DNA of 64,000 bases from Eledone cirrhosa (taxonomy: Eukaryota), in assembly GCA_964016885.1 (NCBI GenBank), contig OZ024753.1, positions 1,116,001 through 1,180,000 on the forward strand. Reading direction: 5' to 3'. The notes under the pieces were generated by a model. That model was not told where the DNA came from. It did not search any database and was given only the letters and a program-made list of their open reading frames with translations. Shown piece by piece: positions 40,351 through 51,814 of this stretch (the stretch's first letter is position 1; every line of letters starts with the position of its first letter). The position numbers were made by a program, and so were the translations under genes.

Positions 40351-41028
40351 AATGTCACTCATCTTGTGGATTGTCTGTGTTGACCACTGGCTTCTGGTCT
40401 CTGTCTTTTAAGGCATTTTTACCCATCGCTGTATTTGACAGTATTTAACTGTTTTAACGGCTGTTCTAGTGATGAATTTTCTCATTTTTAAATGTATTTA
40501 AATACATTCTTGCTTCATCTTGATAAGAGATATCATTGTTTTGTTTTTTTGTCTCTTTCATTTAATAATGATAATAGCTTTAGGTAATGTTTTTATGTTA
40601 GTCTCAGAAATCTCAAAGACCCTGGTATAGTAGCTACTGTAGGGTATCTGAAATAATCTCAATATAAACCTAATCTCTTCTCAATTATTACTGTTGCTAC
40701 TACTTTTGTTGTTGTTGCTTAGCCTTATGTCGGCCCTGATTGAACAAGTCAATGATCAAATATTGTAGATTCGTAAATATTCTGTCTGTCTGTATATCAC
40801 AGATTATTCAGTACAATGTCTTGTAATTTATTTAAGAAGGTATGGTATAATTTGTGGGAGACTTGGCTGCTATTTCAAGCAGCTTAAGTGACTTTAAGGG
40901 TCCCTCATTAGCTTCTGGCTCCATTGTTTGGCTTGTAGCTGCCTTGTTGGCTCTCTTCAGTTTCATTATAAGGTGTCCATCCTGAATTCAATTTTTTTAT
41001 TTCCTCCATTTAAATGTCATTATTGCTA

Positions 41029-41370
41029 TTTAGTTGGTTCTAGAATTCTTTGTGTATATAGATGTCTATGTAGATATATCTATTTAGTTGGTTCTAGAAT
41101 TCTCTGCATGGATGTCTGTGTGTATAATATATATACACATATATAGATATATCCATTTAGTTGGTTAGATGTCTGTGTGTATAATATATATATTATATAT
41201 TATATATTATATATCTATATATATATATATATACACATACACGTGTGTAGATATATCCATTTAGTTGGTTCTAGAATTCTTTGCATAGATGTGTGTATAA
41301 TATATATACACATACACCCTTACAAGCAGGGAAAAGCAGACGTAAAATGATGATGATGATACACGTATAA

Positions 41371-41415
<45 letters not shown>

Positions 41416-41505
41416 CACGTATGTAGATATATCCATTTAGTTGGTTCTAGAATTCTTTGTATAGATGCCTGTGTGTATAATATATATATACACATATGTA
41501 GATAT
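41029..41505. repeat. Degenerate tandem repeat with TA-variable spacers
   Basis: Five copies of ATTTAGTTGGTT(CTAGAATTCTTTG)...; one spacer holds an RTE tail fragment. Confidence 0.75.
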
Positions 41506-41883
41506 ATATATATTATAGAATGTTATATTACAACATCAGTAATATATGTACATATCTATGCTATTATATAACTATCATCATTGTTTATCTATTCGTTTTT
41601 AGATTCTAGAATAGTTTAGAAATCTCTAGATATAAAGGACTTCTTTATTAGTTTGTCAGCTATTATTATTGTTGGCCTTAGATGATATCATTGACTGATT
41701 AGAAAATAATATTAATAATAATAATAATAATAATAATATATCATTTGAACTCTCAGAAATAAAAAAAAAAACTAAGATTGTAATTGTTAGGTAAATAAGT
41801 TAGGTGTCACTCATTGTTTAAATGTTTTCTGTGTATGCCTTCTTTATCTTGTTTGTATAACTGAATATAACAATATTTCTCAG

Positions 41884-42086
41884 GTGGTGGAACTGAAGTG
41901 AGGCTGGACTCCGATGAGGATGAAGAAACAGAAACCCCTACTGAGGCACAACCAGCAGGTGTCTCACTCCCATCAGAGAACAGTGATGTCTCCAAAGCAG
42001 ATGAGGAACCTCCAAGAGTTGGCATCTCACAGACATCAACTACTTCCAAAATGTCTTCATCAACTATGAAGCAAGATAAAAATGAG
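41884..42086 (+). CDS. SNX2: SNX1/2 exon 5
   Basis: ttctcag|GT GGT...AAT GAG|gtatat; GGTEVRLDSDEDEETETPTEAQPAG...MKQDKNE; phase 1 to 0; EVRLDS resembles SNX2 EVSLDS. Confidence 0.88.
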
Positions 42087-42514
42087 GTATATATGTTATC
42101 ATGTATATATATATGGTATATGTGTTATATATGTTATGCGTATATGGTATATATGTTATATATTGTATATATGGTATCAAGTATATATGTTATGTGTCCC
42201 TCCTTTGTTCTGTCCAACACCATCTTGTTTTTGTGTGACAAAAGAACTTTGACAATATATAAACAGCCATCTGGTTATTCAACCAACCAACCAACCAACC
42301 AACCAACCGGAAATTTGTAATAAATTGAAATGAAACCAACTGGTGCATGTTTCATTAGTAACATGATCCTCCCAAAGTATAACAATATATGTATATACAG
42401 AGAGAGAGAGAGGTATAAAGTCTTCAACAAATTTGTGGGTAGGTGTATGAAGAACTTTCTTTAATTCATTAAAAAAAATAACATTTAGCCGTTTCTTCTT
42501 TTCATTTATTTCAG

Positions 42515-42616
42515 ATCGAAGAAGAAGATCCATTTGTTCTTGAAATAAAAGTCTGTGAACCTCACAGAGTAGGAGATGGCATGGGAGCTTACATTGTTTA
42601 TAAAGTTATCTCTAAG
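42515..42616 (+). CDS. SNX2: SNX1/2 exon 6 (start of PX domain)
   Basis: tttcag|ATC...AAG|gtaacc; IEEEDPFVLEIKVCEPHRVGDGMGAYIVYKVISK, with the SNX1/2 VGDGMxAY signature. Confidence 0.95.
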
Positions 42617-42796
42617 GTAACCTTTTTTTTTTTTTTTTTTTTTTAGCATTTCTTTGTTGGCATGGAGTCTGCTGGTGTTTTTTTTTAATGTGTATACTAG
42701 TACATAACCCATTATTTTGTGAATGGAACAATATTTAGTTTCATTTTTTCTTTACCATACTGGGAACAAGCAAAGATTGTAGATTATATATATATA

Positions 42797-43136
42797 TCAT
42801 CATCATCATCATTTCATTTTACGTCCACTTTTTCCCTGCTTGCAAGGGTGGGACGGGAACTGATTCTGGCTTGATTTCTACAGCTGGATGCCCTTCCTAA
42901 CACCAACCTCATTTACAGTGAGTGCTGGGTGCTTTCTTGCCGTGGCACCTCCACGACCACTTTGCAGTGGAATGATAGGACCTCAGTCCCTATCATCTCA
43001 TTTCTACAGCTGAGTAAACTGGAGCAATGTGAAATAAAGTGTCTTGGTCAAGGAAACAACACATCACCCGGTCTGAGAATTGAACTCACAACCTTTCGAT
43101 TGCAAGGCCAATGCTCTAACCACTAAGCCATGTGCC

Positions 43137-43140
<4 letters not shown>
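42797..43140 (-). mobile_element. tRNA-derived SINE family 2 with RTE-type 3' tail (full length)
   Basis: TGGCTTAGTGG A box, GAGTTCAATTC B box, CCTTGA.CAAGACACTTT core, then the AGGAAGGGCATCCAGCTGTAG block and (TGA)n; other copies or heads at 19421-19715, 53390-53540, 60679-60830 and 61330-61470. Confidence 0.82.
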
Positions 43141-43177
<37 letters not shown>

Positions 43178-43278
43178 GTAAGGCCAGTTACTACAATGGT
43201 GTCATACCAGGTATTTACGTTTCATTGACCATTGATGGCCTTTGTTCAACCTGTGCTGATGAAAATGAACCGGAAAGA

Positions 43279-43797
43279 CAACCTAGTCCTGATAGCTGAA
43301 TCTGTAGGAGAGTTAGAGGCAAAATTTTAAGTATGGAAGAACTTAGAGTTGAAAGGCCTAAAAGTAAATTTAGCAAAGACAAAAGTCATAATAAGTAGGA
43401 AAGAAGACAGGAAGGTTATACCATCAAGAATGTGGCCTTGTTCGATATGTCAGAGATGAGTTGAGTATACTCTGATTGATGTGTACTGTTAGTGTGCATG
43501 AACAACATAGCATAAGCAAATTGAGAGAAAAACTTGGCATAAGCAGAATTGGATGTAGTGTGCAAGAGAGAAGACTGCATTGGTATGGACATGGAAGATA
43601 ACAGCTGCATAAAGAAAGGCAAAGCAACTCCAGTTGCTGGGACCCATGGATATCCTCTCTAGTGTTGGTGGCACAAAAAAAAAATGCACCCTGTCAACAC
43701 TGTAAAATGTTGGTGATAGGAAGAGCATCTAGCCAAAAAATCTCTGCCATGATGTCCAACCCATGCAATCATAAAAAATTGGATGTAAAATGGTGAT
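43279..43797 (+). mobile_element. Degraded, internally deleted RTE LINE of the same family
   Basis: LVLIAESVGELEAKF*VWK..ELKGLKVNLAKTKV...WPCSIC followed by the same 3' tail motifs. Confidence 0.75.
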
Positions 43798-44004
43798 ACT
43801 AGCAGAAATATCACTCACACTGAGTTGTTCTCTCTTAGTGTATTTATAAATTTATGTATGTGTGTGTGCATGTTTCATAATGTATAAATATATACAAATA
43901 TATGAAACTATATTTTTTACATGGAAATGATATGAACTTGCAGTGATGTGAAATTTAAAGAATTTTTCATGAAAAATGATCCCATTTTTTTTCATTTTTT
44001 TCAG

Positions 44005-44146
44005 ACTAATATTCCTGCATTCCGTAAAAATACCATGACAGTTCTACGACGATTCAGTGATTTCTTGGGACTGCATGAAAAACTTGCTCTTAAGTACATT
44101 CATGTTGGACGAATTGTGCCACCAGCTCCTGAGAAGAGTGTTCTTG
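44005..44146 (+). CDS. SNX2: SNX1/2 exon 7 (PX core)
   Basis: tttcag|ACT...CTT G|gtaaaa; TNIPAFRKNTMTVLRRFSDFLGLHEKLALKYIHVGRIVPPAPEKSVL with the RRFSDFLGL and PPAPEKS motifs. Confidence 0.97.
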
Positions 44147-44850
44147 GTAAAAAAAATGCTTTTCATTTCTTCATTTGATTTATGAAATATTTTATTTGAT
44201 TGTTTATGAACTTTCTGGTGATTCAGGAAGCCATATTACAGTGAAGAGGCTGGGTTGTTATAGAATAGGACAAAAATGTCAAGTATTTATTCTGTGTCTC
44301 TCTCTGTTCAAATCCCTTCGTCAACTTTGCCTTTCATCATTTTGTAATCAAACATTTTGCTTGTAAGTGAAAACAACTTCAACACAAAACTGACTTAGTC
44401 AACACAAACATCATGATTTATTCGAGGTGGTTGCAGTTAGCAGTATAGTAGAGTTTTGTTCTATTTAGTTTTTATATAAAGCACATCTGCATTTAAACTG
44501 GCCGTATCCAGCCAGAATTCTCTCACCTCTTTCTGTTCAAATTGGCTGTAACTTGCTACTCATACTTATAAGGTATTCTCAAAATAAAGAACATCAAAAT
44601 CATATAGATTCGTTATTATGTGAGATAAAGCCTCTACTGAGAAAATACAATAGTATACATAGAGTAATCATCATCAAGGGTTAAATATAAATACTTTAAA
44701 ACAAGAGGTCTGCCATGATAGAATTGGGGTTGTTTTAGGAAGGTTGCTATCAAAAGGGTTAATGTTATCTATTTAAGCTGGTTATTTTGATATCTAATCT
44801 GAACCTGTCAAACATTTCTAAATAGTGTTGTATTTATTGAATTGTTGCAG

Positions 44851-44929
44851 GGATGACCAAAATTAAGATGAATAAGGAGGAAAGTGGATCCACCGAATTC
44901 ATTGAGAGACGGCGACTTGCATTGCAAAG
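44851..44929 (+). CDS. SNX2: SNX1/2 exon 8 (PX)
   Basis: ttgcag|GG ATG...CAA AG|gtgagg; GMTKIKMNKEESGSTEFIERRRLALQR; phase 1 to 2. Confidence 0.96.
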
Positions 44930-45170
44930 GTGAGGCTGGATTACACTGACATAATTTACACCATTATTATATACATTAGCAAGACATTCTTGGAAAGAAC
45001 AAAACAGCACTACAATGTCATTGCATTAAACATTGAAGTCTTTACTCTAATACTGCAACATTTTGCAAAGTTCTTTCCACTTATAAAGATACTATAAATA
45101 TTTAAATTAACCTACATGAAACAGCATTAGCATTATTATTTACTATTCATTATTATTATCATTATTATAG

Positions 45171-45363
45171 ATTTTTGTCAAGAACGTCTGCTCATCCTGT
45201 TCTCCGTGTTGACCCCGATTTTCGAGATTTCCTCGAAAAAGATGGTGACCTTCCACGAGCTACAAGCACTTCTGCTTTAAGTGGTGCCGGAGTCATGCGT
45301 CTCTTCCACAGAGTTGGGGATGCTGTTGAGAAGATAACTTACAAGATGGACGAGACAGATGAG
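45171..45363 (+). CDS. SNX2: SNX1/2 exon 9 (end of PX, linker, amphipathic helix)
   Basis: ttatag|A TTT...GAT GAG|gttggt; FLSRTSAHPVLRVDPDFRDFLEKDGDLPRATSTSALSGAGVMRLFHRVGDAVEKITYKMDETDE; the next expected exon (WFEEK-like) was not found before 64000. Confidence 0.96.
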
Positions 45364-47460
45364 GTTGGTATTTACTTTGAGTTAATTTTTTCCAAATATA
45401 TATCGCATTTGGGTTGACTTACAAAGAATTTGAAATTTGAAAAAAAAGAGTGGCCACAGTGCACAAAACTATAATAATAGTTAACTCCCAGCCCATCTGA
45501 AAAATCTGTAGTACTGATTAAGTACTGAATTGGCTGGTGACAACCTGCCCAACCCTTAGTATGGAGCAACAAACATTAAGGATGAATAGTTGATTTATTT
45601 GGGTAAATTACCCCTGGAGACAGAAAAAAGGGGGCCAGAGATACCAGGCATTTCTATCCATTTTCTGTCACCAGGGGTACTTTATCCAAATGATTCCACT
45701 ATAATTTATAGCCATCTACATTGTGGTCTCTATATTTTCAAATTTTATATCATATATATATATTAAACTCTACATATATTTTTGTTTTTCCATTTTCATT
45801 TCCTGCTATGTTCATTTATAGAAGACAAAGATTTATGGACATCATTATGATATTTAAAAAAAATTAGTATTTCATCTTTGTAGATGAAACTTATTTCAAT
45901 AGTTACCACTAAACTAGGTTTTGATTGGTTTGATCTCTACTTTAATCTTTAACACGCTAAAAAAATCTGTATGAATTACCTCCCTTGACACGGTATTATG
46001 TATTAAGGGGAGATTACTCTATCACAATGTGTCTGGAGCCTCCAGAAGATTAATTCTCAGGTATCTTATTCCTAGATTGATATGTATGTAGTCTAAAAAT
46101 TTGTAATCATATTAACAATAACTCTTTTGACATCCTGTAATGATTTAGCAAAAAATATCTAAAAGAAGGTTTGTTAATTCAAATGTTTATAGTAGCTTTA
46201 CTAGAGGAAAGATCAATGGGAAATTTTTCAGTATTAACATGTAACATTCTGTAATGTTTTAGTAGAAAATATCTAAAACTGGGCTTGATAATTCAAATGT
46301 TTATAGTATCTTTACTTGCTGGTAGTTCATTGGAAAATTTGCAGTAAACTAAAAATGTTAATTTTTCATGTAATTTAGTTTTTACTGTTTTCTACTTTTC
46401 AAAAATGTCTTGCTAATTTGGTTTCATGCAGTACAGGACATTAAGTGTTAAAAATGTTATAATCTTGGCATTTAACATAGTATGATTATTGGTTTAAGTA
46501 TAGATTTATGTCTAGCTGCGACAATAAGATGTTGATATACGTCTACTATCTAAAATGTCATTGATTTCTGTATTCTATCATTGATTCTGGTGTGTCCTTA
46601 GCAGTGTCACCTACCTCAATAGCTCAGTTTATCTCATTCAAAATAAGTGCCAGAGAACGGTGGAGCGATTAATGTTTATTGCTGTAGGAAGTGTAAAAAA
46701 GGCTGTTACATTTATGTACATTTTAAGATCAATTGTTGCATCTAGTTACTTTTCTTATTCAAGTTCCATTGAGGTCAGTTTTGATTTTCATCTTTCTGGG
46801 ATCAACACAATAGGTAACTGTCATTACTAGTGTTGATTTAGTTGACTGCTACCACTACACAGATATCAAAAGGGTTAAGTACTACTTTGACTCATTAACC
46901 ATTAAAGACATTGCTGCTTGCAAGTGGGTGGTTCTATTTAAAAGAAACAGTTCCTATAATGGCTCATTGATAACAAGCTGATTTGGTGTGCTTCAGGAGG
47001 TAACTGTACAAGAATTCTTAAGAAAGCCTGTAATAAAAGCTCTTTCAAATCTCAGCTGCTTATTATTTTGTATTTCTTCCAGACTGTTGTTCTTTATATT
47101 AATGATTTGTCTCTAAATATATTAAGGTCACCTCTTTCTTTACCCTGCTTTCTTGAAATTCTAGTTTTCATCTTTTCTCTCCTACTTTTCTGTTATATTC
47201 CCTCCTCCTCATTCCTCTTCCTCTTCTTCCTTTCTTCCTTCTACTCCTCTTCTCCTCCCCTCTTCCTTTTTTTTATTTTCTATTTTTTATTTTTTTATTT
47301 TTTATTTTTTTATTTTTTTATTTTTATTTTTCCTCCTCCTCCTGATACAATGTGTCTATTCTAAATAAGATTTCTGCCATATGGCCATGGCTTGTTCATT
47401 AACTTCAATAATTTTATTATAAGGCAAAATAAAATTCAACGAAAATCAGTCATAACAAGT

Positions 47461-47681
47461 GTCATCACCCCTTCCTTCCTCAACCATCTCTAGTGCATGA
47501 TGTCATCACCCCTTCCTTCCTCAACCATCTCTAGTGCGTGACGTCATCACCCCTTCCTTCCTCAACCATCTCTAGTGCGTGATGTCATCACCCCTTCCTT
47601 CCTCAACCATCTCTAGTGCATGATGTCATCACCCCTTCCTTCCTCAACCATCTCTAGTGCGTGACGTCATCACCCCTTCCT
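47461..47681. repeat. 41-bp minisatellite, ~5.4 near-identical units
   Basis: GTCATCACCCCTTCCTTCCTCAACCATCTCTAGTGCRTGAY. Confidence 0.95.
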
Positions 47682-48281
47682 AGAATGCTCTGTATATTCT
47701 GTAGTTTTTTCTAATTAAGTATTTCACTTGGTTACTGTATTAGCTGTATTCAAGTTATAGGAACAAAGAATTAGTTTGGAAAAAGTTTTCTTCGGTTCTT
47801 TATTTGTGTTAGCTTATAGATTACTTTCACATGAAAACTTTTTTGTTAAATTTATTTTTATTTTTCAAATTATTGTTGATGTCTGAAATTTACAATTTTG
47901 TATGTTATTCAAAATTCCATTTTGGAATATAAATTTGAGAAAGAAATCCTTGATGATAAAGTACTTTTAGTTGTTACAAGTGAAAAATAGGAAGTTATTT
48001 AAATAAAAATTATATTTTACCTTACAATTTCCATAATGTTTAACTATTTCAGTTTTCACGCACACACACATATATATATATATGTATGTGTATATATATA
48101 TATTCAGCGATATGTATATATATATATTCAGCGATCGATATATATATATATGTAAAAGTTCTATTTAAATTGTTGGGATACAACAAGCAAATATTTTTAT
48201 AACTGATATAAAGCACTCAACAAATAATTGGAGTAAAAATACGATATTAACAAATGGAAACTATATTTATAAAACCATATT

Positions 48282-48346
48282 TATTTCATTATACATATTT
48301 CAAGGACACCAAGTTAAATTATGGTGTGCTTTCATCAGATAAAATA
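48282..48346 (-). ncRNA. Family D hammerhead motif, left arm of the palindrome
   Basis: Inverted copy of 48476-48540; its stem II 3' strand TGGTGTCCTT pairs slightly better. Confidence 0.7.
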
Positions 48347-48475
48347 TAATATAGAGCAGTTTTATAAATAAATATTGACATACCCTTAAAGAATGCAACC
48401 ATCTAGGAGCTTCCAACAGTAATGGTTGCATTCTTTAAGGGTATGTCAATATATTTATAAAACTGCTCTATATTA

Positions 48476-48540
48476 TATTTTATCTGATGAAAGCACACCA
48501 TAATTTAACTTGGGGTCCTTGAAATATGTATAATGAAATA
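48476..48540 (+). ncRNA. Type I hammerhead motif (family D), right arm of a long palindrome, sense in SNX intron 9
   Basis: TATTTTAT-CTGATGA-AAGCACACCA...TGGGGTCCTT-GAAA-TATGTA-TA-ATGAAATA; 8-bp stem I plus outer ATATTTATAAAAC/GTTTTATAAATAT. Confidence 0.7.
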
Positions 48541-49684
48541 AATATGGTTTTATAAATATAGTTTCCCTTTGTTAATATCGTATATATATATATATAATAT
48601 TAATAATGCATTTTTGTTTTTCCATCAGTACATTATCTGTTGTCTTTACTTTGTTATATGTTTATTAACAAAAAAAAGATGATTTATTGTTCTATTATAT
48701 GTGAGTTGATAAGAATATCAGTTAGTAACTTCCTCCTTCCTCTCCACTTTCATTACCTCCCTTGCTTCTTACCTCAAACCCTGCTTATTTACATTGATTT
48801 TATCATATTGAACCTATTGTTACCCACATTAAAACCTATGTAAGTTTCAATAAATCCTACTATAACCTGACAAAGATCTATTCCTAAAAACATTGTTGTG
48901 GTCCAATAAAGGCTGGCAGAATCATTCTCTCACCTTTGTGGCAAAAATGAATTATTATTAAAGGCATAGAGTTAGGTTTATTTAATTCAGTGAGAATATT
49001 TTTAGAATTCCAAAGGTGATTGATAGATTACAAGTTGGGAATTATGACAAGACTCTTTACTCTTAGAGTTCAAAGGATACCAGTGTCAACTTTGATTAAA
49101 TAAAAATACCAGCCAAATACTGGGATGGAGGGTGTCTATCTAAACTATATTCCTCCTCTACTCCATGAGAACGGTAAATATTTTCCTCCCTCCTTCATAT
49201 TGCTACCTCTGATATTCTGTTCAGGTACATTCTGATTGTATCACCTAGGAACCTGACCCACAAATCTTTCAAGGACTACACTATTGCAACCAGTTTTTAA
49301 GTACTGCTCCTCATTTATTATATGTTGCATCTATTCTCAAAAGCATTTTTCTTATTCCTGTCTCCTTTTATCATTTACCAGCATTTTAGGTATTCTAATT
49401 TTTCTCTGTAACGGTTGCCTCTTTTTGTTTCTTTTTTTTGCTTTTGTATGTTCTGACGGTTTATTAAGCAGTTTTGATGATGACTTAATGAGTTCATATA
49501 AATATTCTTTTTGGTCTCTTAGTAATTATTTCCATTTTGTCTATGTATATGTTTGTGATGTGTGATAGAAGAAATCTAATATTCTATTTAGTAACATGGT
49601 TGAGGCTGTTGTCTTTTAGAAAATGTTACTTTGCTAGAATATTTTTTTCCAGTATTTTTGAAAATAACTTAATAGAAATCCCTC

Positions 49685-50160
49685 AAACTGCCAGTTAAAT
49701 CTGCTTAATATTTGCCTCTATTGCCAGTTAAATGTGCTTAATATTTACCCACCCTGCCAGTTAAATCTAAATATTTACCCACCCTCCTAGTTAAATCTAC
49801 TAAATATTTACCCATCCTGCCAGTTAAATCTACTTGATATTTAAATATTTACCCACCCTACCATTTAAATTTACTTAATATTTACCTCCCAGTCAGTTAA
49901 ATCTGCTAAACATTTACCCACCCTTCCAGTTAAATCTGCTAAACATTTACCCACCCTTCCAGTTAAATCTGCTAAACATTTACCCACCCTTCCAGTTAAA
50001 CCTGCTAAACATTTACCCACCCTTCCAGTTAAACCTGCTAAATATTTACCCACCCTTTCAGGTAAATCTGCTAAATATTTACCCACCCTGCCAGTTAAAT
50101 CTACTAAATATTTAACTACCCCCTCAGTTAAATTTACTAAATATTTGCCCACCTTTTCAA
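49685..50160. repeat. 33-bp minisatellite (~14 units)
   Basis: CCAGTTAAATCTGCTAAACATTTACCCACCCTT. Confidence 0.92.
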
Positions 50161-51585
50161 ATAAAGCTACTAACCGTTCATCTTGTCAACTCCGTCATGT
50201 TAAACTTCGTTATTTATATATTGTCACAATTATATATGAATGTATATTGAGAAACAGTGACTGTTTGTTAACCAAACAAAATTCCTTCCCCACTCATCTT
50301 ATTCATTAGATACTAATTTTCAGAGAGGTTTACAAAAAAAAAATATATATATAAAAAAAAAAAATAAATGGGTTTGGTGGTTACAAAGTAGTTCTGTTTG
50401 TTGATCTAATATTTCAATACTATAATAGCCTCTTACGACCATGTCACTGTTTCTTTTCATAAAGTCAAGGGAATGTTTCTCTCAGGTGAGTTTCCAGAAT
50501 TGATTTTACACAAGTATGTTTTTTTTTTTTATAATTCACAAGAGAAAAAGGCAGACAAAGGGATTTCCTTAACATTGACAATTTCTAACCCAATTTTTTA
50601 AAATATTTGTTCCCAATATCACATCTAATATAATATCTCTCTCTACTTTAGAAAATAACCTCTCTATAGTTAAAATTATTTAGATTATATAAAAATTTCA
50701 TATTTTTATTTTGAGAGGAAAGTAGAAGAGGCTTGTTTTATCATAATTTGTCACATTTTAAACAAAGATGAGGGTATTAGTTAATTTGACAGAATATATT
50801 AAACTTAGCTGTTAAAATGAGTTATTTTTAAAATGTTGATTATATCATCTACTCTACATTACTATTTATTTGTTGTTATATTTGGGGAGGATCATGTTGT
50901 TTTAATATTGCCAGAATTCTGGCAATATTAGGACAACATAATTCTCCCCAAATATACCAATATCTGTTTCAACATACTTTGATTATCATTCTTTTGGGGT
51001 CAATGAAGAAAGCACCAGCTCATCTTTGGTGCAGCTTCCCTCCTTCCAGCTGACACATCTTGGATGTTCTGTTATATGAGAGAGGGAGGGTTAAACACAG
51101 CGAAAGTATGGTCTATACTATTAACCCTTTAGCATTTAAACCAATTGTATTCTCTGACCTCTTTCTGTTGATTTTTCTGATGGCTCTACAGTTTCAATTC
51201 TAGTAGTTTTTCTTTTCATTTTCAATAATTTCGATATCAATACATTTACACCAAATAATACAGTGATACACAAGCCAACAGTTATTGCCATTTCATTGTA
51301 AACCTCACAGATTAGATTGTGTGTGCGTGTGTGTTGCAATCTTTTACTGGCTTCATTTATTGTTTTGTGGCCAAGCTGGGGCACAACATTCTAATGTGGC
51401 CCCTATATATATATACTTTAACGACCACAAATTAAGATTAAAATTTCTATTATTAAAACTCGAAAACCCTTAGTGAAGCTATTTTTATTATTATAACTGA
51501 AACAAACCGTAGTTACGCTATTTCTATTACCCATAGCATAACAGTGAATCGGTTGGCAAAATATAACAGGCCCTGTTCCTTCTTT

Positions 51586-51814
51586 TTAACTGTTTAGCAT
51601 TTAAACCGGCCGTATCCGACCAGAATTCTCTGACCTCTTTCTGTTCAAACCGGCTGTAACTGGCAACTCATACTTATGTTAAGGTATTGTTCTCAAAATA
51701 GATAATATCAAAATCTCATAGATTCGATATTAGGTGAGATAATTATGTGAAATAGAGCCTTTACCATGAAAATATAATAGTAAATATAGAGTAATGTGAA
51801 TGCTAAAGGGTTAA
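51586..51814. mobile_element. TTAA MITE family with CCCTTTAGCATT termini (representative copy)
   Basis: TTAAC..TTTAGCATTT...AATGCTAAAGGGTTAA; other copies at 18914-19085, 34975-35193, about 37380-37494, 44485-44684, partial at 22150-22254 and 51121. Confidence 0.8.

Larger units (their letters stand above)
48240..48582. repeat. About 160-bp-arm near-perfect palindrome (Penelope-like inverted pLTR, family D)
   Basis: 48240-48402 is the reverse complement of 48422-48582 with few differences; 19-nt loop. Confidence 0.9.
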
